Shown here piece after piece: positions 1 to 8,934 of a stretch of DNA of 64,000 bases (position 1 is its first letter; every line of letters starts with the position of its first letter). A model generated the notes under the pieces. The model was not told where the DNA came from. It did not search any database and saw only the letters and a program-made list of their open reading frames with translations. Source of the DNA: a virus. Both the position numbers and the translations under genes were made by a program. The stretch is taken from positions 49,453 to 113,452 of the IMG/VR virus record IMGVR_UViG_3300011113_000396. One strand, written 5' to 3'.

Positions 1-525
1 GGTCAGAACCTCGGTGAAATGACCGATGTTGAATATTTTAAGCGTAAACTATATCAATCATTAAATATTCCTGCATCAAGATTAGCTGGCGACAACCAGT
101 TTAACATGGGTCGATCTGCTGAAATCACAAGAGATGAAGTAAAATTCTTCAAGTTCATCGAAAGAATCCGTTTACGCTTCTCGGTTCTATTCTTGAATTT
201 ACTAAAGGTACAGTTGGTTCTCAAAGGAATTATTACTGTAGAAGATTGGGATGACATGTATTCTGATATTGAGTTTGAATTCAATACAGATTCATATTTT
301 AATGATATCAAGGATGCAGAAGTTCTTGCTAGCAGATTGGATCTTGTAGCAGCCGCCGAGCAATACATTGGTAAATATTTTTCTACCGATTACATTCGTA
401 AAAATATTTTGAAGCAATCTGATGAAGAAATTGAACTCATAAATACTCAGATGCAGTTTGATATTTTGAAGATGCAACAAGCTGCGGCAGCTCAACAACA
501 GCAAATGCAACAGGAGCAACAATGA
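1..525 (+). CDS. gp20: Portal vertex protein, C-terminal part (truncated by window edge)
   Basis: Frame open from base 1 (GQNLGEM...); YF..KLY.SLNIP.SRL and GRSAEITRDEVKF motifs typical of T4-like gp20; upstream of gp21-gp23. Confidence 0.95.
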   Translation, partial: GQNLGEMTDVEYFKRKLYQSLNIPASRLAGDNQFNMGRSAEITRDEVKFFKFIERIRLRFSVLFLNLLKVQLVLKGIITVEDWDDMYSDIEFEFNTDSYFNDIKDAEVLASRLDLVAAAEQYIGKYFSTDYIRKNILKQSDEEIELINTQMQFDILKMQQAAAAQQQQMQQEQQ

Positions 526-923
526 AGCATAGACTAAAAAAGATTGTTTTTGAGTCCTTGGACAAGAACAAACTCCAATTTAATATTAAAAATGAGCTTT
601 CTTTTAGAGTTAGCCAATTAATAAACGAAAAAATGCTTTTTGAGCAGAACAGAATGCTACAAAAATGCACTCCAAAAGTTTCGACCGATTCTATGGTTAG
701 ATTTGTTTCTGTAATTAAGGAATCCCTACAATCCAAATATCCTATAGACATTAAATTAAACAACGGCGAAAATATAACTATTAATAGCAAAGAAGGGCAG
801 AAGTTGGCTATTTTGTTTGATAATCTAAATGAAAATAACCGTGTCAAAATGACTTCTTCGCTATTTGAGAATAGCAAAAACTACAAAAATATTTTAGATT
901 TCAGCAAAAATATAAGGAAATAA
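522..923 (+). CDS. Hypothetical protein, probable prohead core component
   Basis: Between gp20 and gp21, where T4 has gp67/gp68; several hydrophobic-x-E sites. Confidence 0.55.
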   Translation: MKHRLKKIVFESLDKNKLQFNIKNELSFRVSQLINEKMLFEQNRMLQKCTPKVSTDSMVRFVSVIKESLQSKYPIDIKLNNGENITINSKEGQKLAILFDNLNENNRVKMTSSLFENSKNYKNILDFSKNIRK

Positions 924-924
924 A

Positions 925-1233
925 ATGTCATCAAAGAAAATTTTCAAACAAATCCTTGAAGAGAATGTAGTCGGAGCTAGAAACTCCGTCCGTGAAATGC
1001 TTTATTCTAAGCTAAAACAAAGACTCAATGAAAAGTATATTGAAGTATCAAGAACATATTTCAATGAAGGTAAAATGGAAGATGTTGATGGCGATGGTCA
1101 GGTCGGTAATGATACCGAAGACGCTATTGCTACCAAGTTCATGAAGATGGGAATGCCTCAAGATAAAGCAGTTGCAAAGGCAAAGAGCATAACTGCTAAA
1201 AAGGGCAGCAAAGATAAGAAGAACAAAAAATGA
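925..1233 (+). CDS. Hypothetical protein, probable prohead core protein (gp67/68 position)
   Basis: Synteny; ILEE, LNE and FNE sites; basic tail. Confidence 0.55.
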   Translation: MSSKKIFKQILEENVVGARNSVREMLYSKLKQRLNEKYIEVSRTYFNEGKMEDVDGDGQVGNDTEDAIATKFMKMGMPQDKAVAKAKSITAKKGSKDKKNKK

Positions 1234-1877
1234 AGTTAATCACCGAAACAATTGAAAATGTTCGTGTAATAACTGAAAGCGTCGATGGAAATAACAAGAA
1301 TTATTTCATCGAAGGTATCTTCATGCAAGCTGATACCAAGAATAGAAATGGTAGAACTTACCCCAAGCCTATTCTTATGAATGAAGTTAGACGTTATATC
1401 AACGAACATGTCAATAATAAGAGAGCCTTCGGTGAACTAAACCATCCAACTGGTCCTTCTGTCAATCTAGACAGAGTCTCACATCTTATCACAGAACTCC
1501 ACGAACGTGGAAATGATGTTTATGGTAAGGCTAAAATTCTTGATACCCCAACCGGAAAAATTGTTAAGAGTCTTTTAGGAGAAGGCGTTCAGCTTGGAGT
1601 TTCTTCAAGAGGAATGGGTTCTCTAAAGAAGACCAAAGAAGGTGTCAATCAAGTACAAGAAGACTTCATGCTTGCTGCGGTTGACATTGTAGCAGATCCT
1701 TCTGCTCCACATGCGTTTGTCAACGGCATAATGGAAGGTAAAGAATGGGTATGGAGTAATGGTGTTCTTAAAGAACAGACCATCTCCAACTATAAGAAAG
1801 AAATTCTAAAGACTCCAAGCAAGCAACTTCAAGAAAAAGTTCTTAAGACATTTGAACACTTTTTAAGAAATCTATGA
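1230..1877 (+). CDS. gp21: Prohead core protease
   Basis: MKLITE N-terminus; IEGIFMQA..KNRNGR.YP, GELNHP, GVSSRGMGSL and DIVADPSAP motifs. Confidence 0.97.
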   Translation: MKLITETIENVRVITESVDGNNKNYFIEGIFMQADTKNRNGRTYPKPILMNEVRRYINEHVNNKRAFGELNHPTGPSVNLDRVSHLITELHERGNDVYGKAKILDTPTGKIVKSLLGEGVQLGVSSRGMGSLKKTKEGVNQVQEDFMLAAVDIVADPSAPHAFVNGIMEGKEWVWSNGVLKEQTISNYKKEILKTPSKQLQEKVLKTFEHFLRNL

Positions 1878-2365
1878 ATTACTTAGAGCAAACATATTTA
1901 AAACAAATCAATCAACTTCAAGAAGAGTTGAATGTTTTAAAACATCAAGAAAAAACATTGTCTGAACAATCTACATTTGAATCACAAGCAGATGTAGAAA
2001 CTTATGCAAAAACTGCACTCGATTCTTTAAGTCCAGAAAACTTAGTTCGTGATGCCGCAAGTGCATTAGTAGGATCAATGGCAGTTAAAAATGTATTAGG
2101 TCAAGTAAATTTAAAGCAAATTCTTCAAAAAAATATGCAAGATTTTATGAGAGGAACTTTAGAATATAGTTTAGGCGATATTGGAAATTCGCTCGCAAAT
2201 ACTTTAGTCAACGCTGCTGGTAGGAATCCTTTCCAACTTGCTAAGGCAATTAGCGTGACTCGTTACAATCCATATGCAATTTTTGATCCCACAGAAAGAA
2301 ATGATGGTACGCGAAGAGCTAATCCACAAAATATAGATTCATTGTTAGCTAATGAATCAGATTAA
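1874..2365 (+). CDS. Hypothetical protein, possible internal head protein
   Basis: In head operon; coiled-coil-like leader ending TLSE, resembling the leader of ORF 60459. Confidence 0.6.
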   Translation: MNYLEQTYLKQINQLQEELNVLKHQEKTLSEQSTFESQADVETYAKTALDSLSPENLVRDAASALVGSMAVKNVLGQVNLKQILQKNMQDFMRGTLEYSLGDIGNSLANTLVNAAGRNPFQLAKAISVTRYNPYAIFDPTERNDGTRRANPQNIDSLLANESD

Positions 2366-2380
2366 TAAATAATTTAGGAG
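2364..2380 (+). promoter_or_regulatory. T4 late-type promoter (AATAAATA) and SD (AGGAG) for gp22
   Basis: Match to gp55-type TATAAATA; AGGAG 5 nt before ATG 2386. Confidence 0.65.
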
Positions 2381-2385
2381 AAAAT

Positions 2386-3438
2386 ATGAGAAACAGAAAA
2401 AAATATATCGAAGATGAAATTCTAAGCGAAGAGATGGAAGATGAGACTGAGGAAGAAGAAATGGATGATTCCGAGGAACAAATGGATGATGATTCCGAAG
2501 ATGAAGATACTTCTTCTAACCCCGGCAAAAAGGCAGCTGGATTCGTTGACTTTGATGTTAACGGAATGGGCAGCATGGATGCTAATGGCGGTAGAGTATT
2601 CATTCAAACAGATCCAAGAATGGATCCAAACATGGCCAATCTTGCTCCCTACAACCAAATGACTATTGCTACCCCCAAGGTATCACCTGTTCAGATGAAG
2701 GAAGCATTTGACGCAATCTTTGCGGATGCTGCTCTTTCAGAAGAAGTTGTAAACAAGCTACAGACCGTATTTGTTGCTGCACTCAACGAAAAAGTTGAAG
2801 AGCACGCTAAGAACACAACCAAGATTCTTGCCGAGCAATACGAAAAGAATCTTGAAATCATGGCAGGAACATTGGCTGAAAAGCTTGATGAGTATCTTGG
2901 CTATGTCGTTGAAGAATGGATGGACGAGAACAAGGTTGAAGTAGAACGCGGCATTAAGACTCAGGTTGCTGAAAATTTCATTCGTGGTCTAAAAAATCTA
3001 TTCGAAGCACATTACATTGATGTTCCAGAAGAGAAGTACAACCTTGTCGATGAACTATTTGAACAGAATGATGAATTGACAAGAACCATGAACAAGGTCA
3101 TTAATGAAAACATGAACCTCAAGAAGGAAAGTGTTGCCAATAAGATCTCAAGCATCTTCCTAGAAGAATGCCATGGATTAACCGATACACAAGTCGAAAA
3201 ACTAGGCTCGCTTGCTAAGGGTCTCGATTTTGATGGAGAAAATTCATTTAGAGGTAAGCTACAATCGCTCAAGGAAGCTTATTTCTTCAGAAAACAAGAA
3301 GCCAGACCAGCTCCAGTAGCTCCAGTAGCTAGTCCAGTAATGGATCTACATGAGATGGTTCAGCCGACTGCGCCAACTATAGACAATGAAACCGTCGCTC
3401 AAGTGGCTAGAGCAATGAGTAGACATATTAAGAAATAA
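2386..3438 (+). CDS. gp22: Prohead core scaffold protein
   Basis: KLDEYLGYVVEEWMDENK, GIKTQVAENFI.GLKNLF..HYIDVPEEK; immediately upstream of gp23. Confidence 0.95.
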   Translation: MRNRKKYIEDEILSEEMEDETEEEEMDDSEEQMDDDSEDEDTSSNPGKKAAGFVDFDVNGMGSMDANGGRVFIQTDPRMDPNMANLAPYNQMTIATPKVSPVQMKEAFDAIFADAALSEEVVNKLQTVFVAALNEKVEEHAKNTTKILAEQYEKNLEIMAGTLAEKLDEYLGYVVEEWMDENKVEVERGIKTQVAENFIRGLKNLFEAHYIDVPEEKYNLVDELFEQNDELTRTMNKVINENMNLKKESVANKISSIFLEECHGLTDTQVEKLGSLAKGLDFDGENSFRGKLQSLKEAYFFRKQEARPAPVAPVASPVMDLHEMVQPTAPTIDNETVAQVARAMSRHIKK

Positions 3439-3449
3439 TAAGGATTTAA

Positions 3450-3467
3450 CCTAAATAACACAGGAGA
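3450..3467 (+). promoter_or_regulatory. Late promoter (CCTAAATA) and SD (AGGAG) for gp23
   Basis: TAAATA core upstream of the major capsid gene. Confidence 0.65.
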
Positions 3468-3476
3468 AAAATAAAA

Positions 3477-4880
3477 ATGTTCGAAGATTCAACACCGTAT
3501 GATATTTTAACTGAAAAGTGGAACCCCGTCCTAAATCACGACGCAGTTCCCGCTATTGAAGATGTATACAAGAAGAAAGTAACCGCAGTCCTTCTTGAGA
3601 ACCAAGAAGCTGCTATGCGTCAGCAGTATCTAACCGAAACTTCAGCCAATGCTATTGGTGGTGGTTTCGCTCTTAACACCAATGCCAATCCCAACACCAA
3701 TCTAGCTGGTTATGACCCAATCCTAATCAGCCTCGTTCGCCGCGCCATGCCAAACCTCATGGCCTACGACATCGCTGGTGTTCAGCCCATGACCGCTCCT
3801 ACTGGACTCATTTTTGCAATGAGATCTAAGTATGACGGTCAGGGCGGAAATGAAGCTCTATTCGCTGAACCATTTGCTAAGTTCAGCGGTTCAGGTGCAA
3901 CCTCAGCTGGTGCTGCAACTGATACAGATCCAACTGCTGGTGTAGCTCCAGTAAGTTTCTCTGGACTAACTGTTACTAAGGCTTCAATTTTTGGACATGA
4001 GTTCCAAGCATTAAACACAGCTAGAGCTGAAGGTTTAGGAGAATCTGCTTCTAATGTATTTAAAGAAATGGCATTTGCTATCGACCGTATTGCCGTAACT
4101 GCTAAGACTCGCGCTCTAAAGGCAGAGTATACCACTGAGCTTGCTCAGGACCTTAAGGCTGTTCACGGACTTGACGCTGAAACCGAACTCGCCAACATCC
4201 TAAGCACTGAAATTCTTGCTGAAATGAACCGCGAGCTTATCCGCAACATTTATCACGTTGCCAAGCTTGGTTGCCAGCAGTCAGATCTTTTCTACAAGTC
4301 ATCATCACCCGGTACTGGTGGTGCATATGACCTAGCTCTCGACTCAGACGGTCGTTGGAGCGCAGAACGCTTCCGTGGCCTCATGTTCCAGATTGAACGT
4401 GAAGCTAACCTAATTGCTAAGGACACTCGTCGCGGTAAGGGTAACTTCATCGTCTGCTCATCAGACGTTGCTTCAGCCCTCACCATGGGTGGCTTCCTCC
4501 AGTTGACCCCAGCTCCTGCTACCCAGCTTGAAGTTGATGATACTGGAAACACCTTCGCTGGTATTCTAGCTGGTAAGATGCGCGTTTACATTGACCCCTA
4601 CAGCAGCGCAACCCAGAACTTTGTCTGCGTTGGCTATAGAGGTGCAAGCCCCTACGACGCTGGTCTCTTCTACTGCCCATACGTTCCACTCCAGATGGTT
4701 CGTGCAGTCGATCCTGACACCTTCCAGCCCAAGATTGGCTTCAAGACCCGCTACGGCATGGTCCAGAACCCATTCGTCCGCGTTTCTGGTTCACCAGACG
4801 GCGCAAACATGTCCGAAGGTAAGAATCAGTACTATAGACTCTTCGCAGTCACCAACCTCCACGGTAACACTGGTAACTGA
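3477..4880 (+). CDS. gp23: Major capsid protein
   Basis: LISLVRRAMPNLMAYDIAGVQPM..PTGLIFAMRS, RALKAEYT.ELAQDLKAVHGLDAE, FYCPYVPL, FQPKIGFKTRYG; YLTE maturation site. Confidence 0.99.
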   Translation: MFEDSTPYDILTEKWNPVLNHDAVPAIEDVYKKKVTAVLLENQEAAMRQQYLTETSANAIGGGFALNTNANPNTNLAGYDPILISLVRRAMPNLMAYDIAGVQPMTAPTGLIFAMRSKYDGQGGNEALFAEPFAKFSGSGATSAGAATDTDPTAGVAPVSFSGLTVTKASIFGHEFQALNTARAEGLGESASNVFKEMAFAIDRIAVTAKTRALKAEYTTELAQDLKAVHGLDAETELANILSTEILAEMNRELIRNIYHVAKLGCQQSDLFYKSSSPGTGGAYDLALDSDGRWSAERFRGLMFQIEREANLIAKDTRRGKGNFIVCSSDVASALTMGGFLQLTPAPATQLEVDDTGNTFAGILAGKMRVYIDPYSSATQNFVCVGYRGASPYDAGLFYCPYVPLQMVRAVDPDTFQPKIGFKTRYGMVQNPFVRVSGSPDGANMSEGKNQYYRLFAVTNLHGNTGN

Positions 4881-4904
4881 TAAGTTTCTATAAAAGGAAA
4901 TGAG

Positions 4905-4933
4905 AAGGGAGAGGAGAAATCCTCTCCCTTTTT
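4905..4933 (+). terminator. Rho-independent terminator after gp23
   Basis: Perfect 11-bp stem AAGGGAGAGGA/TCCTCTCCCTT, GAAA loop, T run. Confidence 0.9.
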
Positions 4934-4948
4934 CATTATACATACATT

Positions 4949-5470
4949 ATGGCGCAAGCTGATTATCCAGTTAATATTAGTCAACTTAATAGAAATTTTT
5001 ATACCTTTAAGTTGTCTAGAATACCTACTACAACCTTCTTTTTACAGAAGGTTACTTTGCCGGGTATTCTATCCCCAAATTTTGATCAGCCAACCACATT
5101 AGGTGTTCCAGTAAAAAGACCACTTGGAACCTATAATTTCGCAAATCTTGATATTGAATTTATTGTAGATGAAAATATGACTAACTGGTTGGAGATTTAT
5201 AGATGGATGAGAAATATAGGTAATCTTGATTCGGATTGCACTTATAATATTCCCGAAAATAAATTTACATCAACTGGAACTCTTATCATTCAGAAGAGTT
5301 CATATACAGCAAATATTACTACCACCTTCTTTGATATATTTCCTATATCATTGGGGGGAATTGGCTTTGATACTACACTTCCAGCATCCGAGCCAGCAAG
5401 AGTAAGTGCATCATTTGCCTATACATACTATAGCTTTAGTCCAGATCCGGGAAATACTACTTTAGATTGA
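4949..5470 (+). CDS. gp3: Tail completion / sheath terminator protein (gp3-like)
   Basis: FFLQKVTLPGI, L.IEFIVDENMTNWLEIY.WM motifs; gp23-gp3-uvsY-uvsW order; TATACATA late box 4 nt before ATG. Confidence 0.85.
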   Translation: MAQADYPVNISQLNRNFYTFKLSRIPTTTFFLQKVTLPGILSPNFDQPTTLGVPVKRPLGTYNFANLDIEFIVDENMTNWLEIYRWMRNIGNLDSDCTYNIPENKFTSTGTLIIQKSSYTANITTTFFDIFPISLGGIGFDTTLPASEPARVSASFAYTYYSFSPDPGNTTLD

Positions 5471-5499
5471 TTTTATTTATATTTGTGTATACTTAAATT

Positions 5500-5934
5500 A
5501 TGAATTTTGATGAACTAAAAGAACAGGTCGAAAAAGATCTTAAGATCGATATCACAGAACTTGCTCAAGAATCTGTAATAACACCGCAGATTCACAACAA
5601 GTATTTGTTATTTTTCAAAAAATACAAAGAAGAACTTTCTGCCGATGAACGAACCATGAAAGTATTAAGAAAATACAAATGGCTTTATTACATGGGAAAG
5701 TTGAGCAGAGAAGAATTACAGAATCTCAAATGGGAACCATTTGAATTAAATATTCTCAAGACAGACGTAGATAAGTTCATCGAAGCTGACGATGACATTA
5801 TCAATCTTGAAGGAAAAATTGCAGAAAAGAAAGAAATGGTCAATTATCTTGATGGTGTCATTAAGATTGTAAATGGTCGCCAATGGAATATTAGATCCGC
5901 TATTGATTGGATTAAATTCACAAATGGACAATGA
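5500..5934 (+). CDS. uvsY: Recombination mediator UvsY
   Basis: TPQIHNKYL, KWLYY.GK, WNIRSAIDW.KF motifs; precedes uvsW. Confidence 0.92.
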   Translation: MNFDELKEQVEKDLKIDITELAQESVITPQIHNKYLLFFKKYKEELSADERTMKVLRKYKWLYYMGKLSREELQNLKWEPFELNILKTDVDKFIEADDDIINLEGKIAEKKEMVNYLDGVIKIVNGRQWNIRSAIDWIKFTNGQ

Positions 5935-7417
5935 AATTAAAATAGAAGCTGTTGATGATGCATTCATCAAGATACGATGTCCAAAGGATATCGCTAAAGA
6001 GCTTAATACCTATTTTACATTCACAGTTCCTAATCACAAATACAATCCATCATTTAAAAAGAGATTATGGGATGGTAAGATTCGTCTTTATAACCTTGCT
6101 AGTCAGCGAATTTACAAGGGAATGCTTCCATATGTTAAAAAGTTCTTCGATGATCGGCATTATCCTTATAAAAATGAAATCATTGAAGACACTACTTACA
6201 TTGAAGAAGATCACATCCGCAAATTCATAACCGATTATCTTAAGGTATCAAGTGGCGGAAAAATTATAACTCCCCACGATTATCAAATTAATGCAGTAAC
6301 TCATGGAATTAGAAACAAGAGAGCATTACTTCTTTCTCCAACTGGTTCCGGCAAATCATTAATAATTTATTCATTAATTCGATACTTTATTGATAATATG
6401 CCAAAGGATAAAAGTATCTTAATTGTTGTGCCTACCACAAGTCTGGTTGCTCAATTATATAATGACTTTGCAGACTACTCTAAATTAAATGGCTGGGATG
6501 TTAAGGCAAATGTTAAAAAGATATATGCTGGGGAGTCTAAAGTTATTGACAAAAAAGTAATTATCTCTACATGGCAAAGTATCTTCAGAGAGAATGAAAA
6601 ATTTTTTGATAACTTTCATGCTGTCATAGGCGACGAATGTCATTTATTCAAAGCAAAATCTCTTTCCATGATTATGGAAAAGATGAAAAACTGCCCAGTT
6701 CGTTTTGGTCTTTCGGGAACACTTGATAACACTAAAGTTCATAAATTTATAATCGAAGGGCTATTTGGACCTCTTTATAGAGTTACTACTACTAAGTCTC
6801 TAATTGAGAAGGATGTATTAAGTAATATTAATATCAATTGCTTAATCTTTAAGTATCCTCTTGAAGAATGTAATAAGGTAAAAAGAGTAGATTACAGAGA
6901 TGAATTAGATTTTATATTTTCAAGTGAAAAAAGATACAACATGATACATCAGCTATGTAAATCCTTAAAGGGAAATACATTGGTACTTTTCAGTCATGTA
7001 GAAACGCATGGAAAAAAATTGTACGATATGATGAAGGATTTTGATAAGAGTGTTTTCTATATTTCAGGAGAAGTTCCTCTTGATGAGAGAGAATTTATAC
7101 GACAAAAGATTGATACTCTTGAAGATAGCATTCTAATAGCATCATATGGTACATGTTCTACTGGCATTAATATTAAGAACATTCATAACATTGTTTTCTC
7201 GTCCCCATCGAAATCTGTTGTTCGTGTTCTTCAGTCTATTGGCCGAGGATTGAGAAAAGCTGATAATAAAACACATATGACTTTATATGATTTGGTAGAT
7301 GATTTGAGATATAAGAAATATACAAATCATACATTCAACCATTTCATTGAACGATTGAAGATTTATGAAAATGAAAAATTTCCTTTCAAGCTCATAAATC
7401 TCAATCAAGATTCATAA
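5924..7417 (+). CDS. uvsW: DNA helicase UvsW (SF2)
   Basis: WDGKIRL, SPTGSGKS, DECH, QSIGRGLR; likely start ATG 5924. Confidence 0.96.
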   Translation: MDNEIKIEAVDDAFIKIRCPKDIAKELNTYFTFTVPNHKYNPSFKKRLWDGKIRLYNLASQRIYKGMLPYVKKFFDDRHYPYKNEIIEDTTYIEEDHIRKFITDYLKVSSGGKIITPHDYQINAVTHGIRNKRALLLSPTGSGKSLIIYSLIRYFIDNMPKDKSILIVVPTTSLVAQLYNDFADYSKLNGWDVKANVKKIYAGESKVIDKKVIISTWQSIFRENEKFFDNFHAVIGDECHLFKAKSLSMIMEKMKNCPVRFGLSGTLDNTKVHKFIIEGLFGPLYRVTTTKSLIEKDVLSNININCLIFKYPLEECNKVKRVDYRDELDFIFSSEKRYNMIHQLCKSLKGNTLVLFSHVETHGKKLYDMMKDFDKSVFYISGEVPLDEREFIRQKIDTLEDSILIASYGTCSTGINIKNIHNIVFSSPSKSVVRVLQSIGRGLRKADNKTHMTLYDLVDDLRYKKYTNHTFNHFIERLKIYENEKFPFKLINLNQDS

Positions 7418-7435
7418 ATACTAATGGAGGTCATT

Positions 7436-8152
7436 ATGGATTTAGACTACAAGATCTTTAAGTTGAAAAGTGGTGAAGAAATAATTGGCTTGATCGATAG
7501 TCAGGATGATATGACCATAAAAATCAGTAGACCAATGGTGGTAAAGTCAGTTTTGATGGTTGATAAATCTGGCTATCCAAAAGAAGTTATGATTATGCGT
7601 AATTGGCTTGAATTAACAAATGAATTAGATGTTAAATTGCCAAAAGATCACATTGCAACTACTTTAAATCCTGCAAAGGAAACTGTTTTTCTATACGAAA
7701 AGCAAAAAATACGCGAGGATCAAGAATATCTCTACAAGCAAATGATGGAAGATATTACTCCTCAACTTCCAAGTGATTTAGGATTTTCTGGAATGAATCC
7801 ACAGATGATGAATATGATTCAAAAGAAAATGGAAGAAGAGCTTTTTGGCAAACAGCAAAAAAACGAAGAAGGAGATACTGCAACTCCAGAACAACCAGAA
7901 AAAAAACCAAATATGGTTGGAATGTTCTTGTTCTTTCCTCCCGATATTATTGCAGATCTGATTGACACTGGAGTTTTAGATCCTGAGATGTTTGCTGAAC
8001 TCGCTGAAGATGATGCTTTAATTCCTGAAATGGAAAGACTTTCAGAGAAAGAACTCAAAGAAATTGATTTGAGTGATTGGCCTGATGATCCAAGTAAGCT
8101 CATTCAGGATAGCTCTGAAGATAACTCTGAAGAAGACTCAGAGGATACTTAA
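7436..8152 (+). CDS. Hypothetical protein with Sm-like N-terminus and acidic tail
   Basis: KIFKLKSGEEIIG motif, typical of the gene between uvsW and gp55 in T4-like phages; CATAAATA at 7413 and GGAGG SD before ATG 7436. Confidence 0.7.
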   Translation: MDLDYKIFKLKSGEEIIGLIDSQDDMTIKISRPMVVKSVLMVDKSGYPKEVMIMRNWLELTNELDVKLPKDHIATTLNPAKETVFLYEKQKIREDQEYLYKQMMEDITPQLPSDLGFSGMNPQMMNMIQKKMEEELFGKQQKNEEGDTATPEQPEKKPNMVGMFLFFPPDIIADLIDTGVLDPEMFAELAEDDALIPEMERLSEKELKEIDLSDWPDDPSKLIQDSSEDNSEEDSEDT

Positions 8153-8207
8153 AGTACTCTATAGTATCTAATAAGTATAATTTCCCTTGTCCATCGCGTA
8201 CACGCTC

Positions 8208-8235
8208 ATTGTAGCAAGGAAAACAATTCTGTCAA
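8208..8235 (-). promoter_or_regulatory. Sigma70-type promoter pointing antisense, no substantial downstream ORF
   Basis: Minus strand TTGACA-N16-TACAAT. Confidence 0.7.
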
Positions 8236-8243
8236 TACCCCCC

Positions 8244-8271
8244 TTGCTCTTATGTTATTTGGACGTATAAT
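8244..8271 (+). promoter_or_regulatory. Sigma70-type promoter of gp55 (leaderless)
   Basis: TTGCTC-N16-TATAAT, 6 nt before ATG 8278, no SD. Confidence 0.7.
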
Positions 8272-8277
8272 GTAATT

Positions 8278-8934
8278 ATGAAGAAAACTAAACAAAAGAA
8301 GAAAAAAATCGAATTAGAAGAAGATGAAGATGATTTAGGGTTTGATGATTTTGCTATTGAAATAGAACCAGAAGTCATAAAGCCTGCCACAAAAGGACAT
8401 TACATCGATAACTCAAAGTTTAATGATGAAATGACAAAGTGGATCAAGAAAGTCAGAACGGCTGAAAAAAATGGTAAGGATAGACCTCCTGTAACTGACT
8501 ATATTGCAGAATGTTTTTTAAAAATTGCGGAACATCTGTCCTACAGACCAAATTTTATGAACTACCCCTATAGAGAAGAGATGGTGGGTGATGGAATTGA
8601 AAATTGTTTGATGTACGCACATAATTTCAACCCAGATAAGTCATCAAACCCCTTTTCTTATTTTACCCAGATTATATACTATGCATTCCTTAGACGAATA
8701 GAGAAGGAAAAGAAGCAATCGTATGTAAAGTTTAAGATAATGGAAGAAAATGCCGATGATAAATTCTATAAGTGGTTTAAGGAAAACTACTTTGAGAAGG
8801 ACGGTAAGCCAGAACTAGCTGATGTTTTTAATCTCACAGAACGAGATGTAGAAAGATTTGAAGAAAAAGCTGGTGGCGGAACCAAGAAAAAGACCAGAAA
8901 AAAGAAAAAGGTTATTAAAAGAGGTTTAATGTGA
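8278..8934 (+). CDS. gp55: Late transcription sigma factor
   Basis: HYIDN, YIAECFLKIAEHLSYRPNF.NY.YREEMVGDGIENCL.Y..NFNP.KS.NPFSYFTQI. Confidence 0.97.
   Translation: MKKTKQKKKKIELEEDEDDLGFDDFAIEIEPEVIKPATKGHYIDNSKFNDEMTKWIKKVRTAEKNGKDRPPVTDYIAECFLKIAEHLSYRPNFMNYPYREEMVGDGIENCLMYAHNFNPDKSSNPFSYFTQIIYYAFLRRIEKEKKQSYVKFKIMEENADDKFYKWFKENYFEKDGKPELADVFNLTERDVERFEEKAGGGTKKKTRKKKKVIKRGLM

Noticed and set aside
472-3340. Poly-Q/A tail of gp20, acidic N-terminus and PVA repeats of gp22
   Set aside because: Ordinary low-complexity termini and linkers of T4-like head proteins
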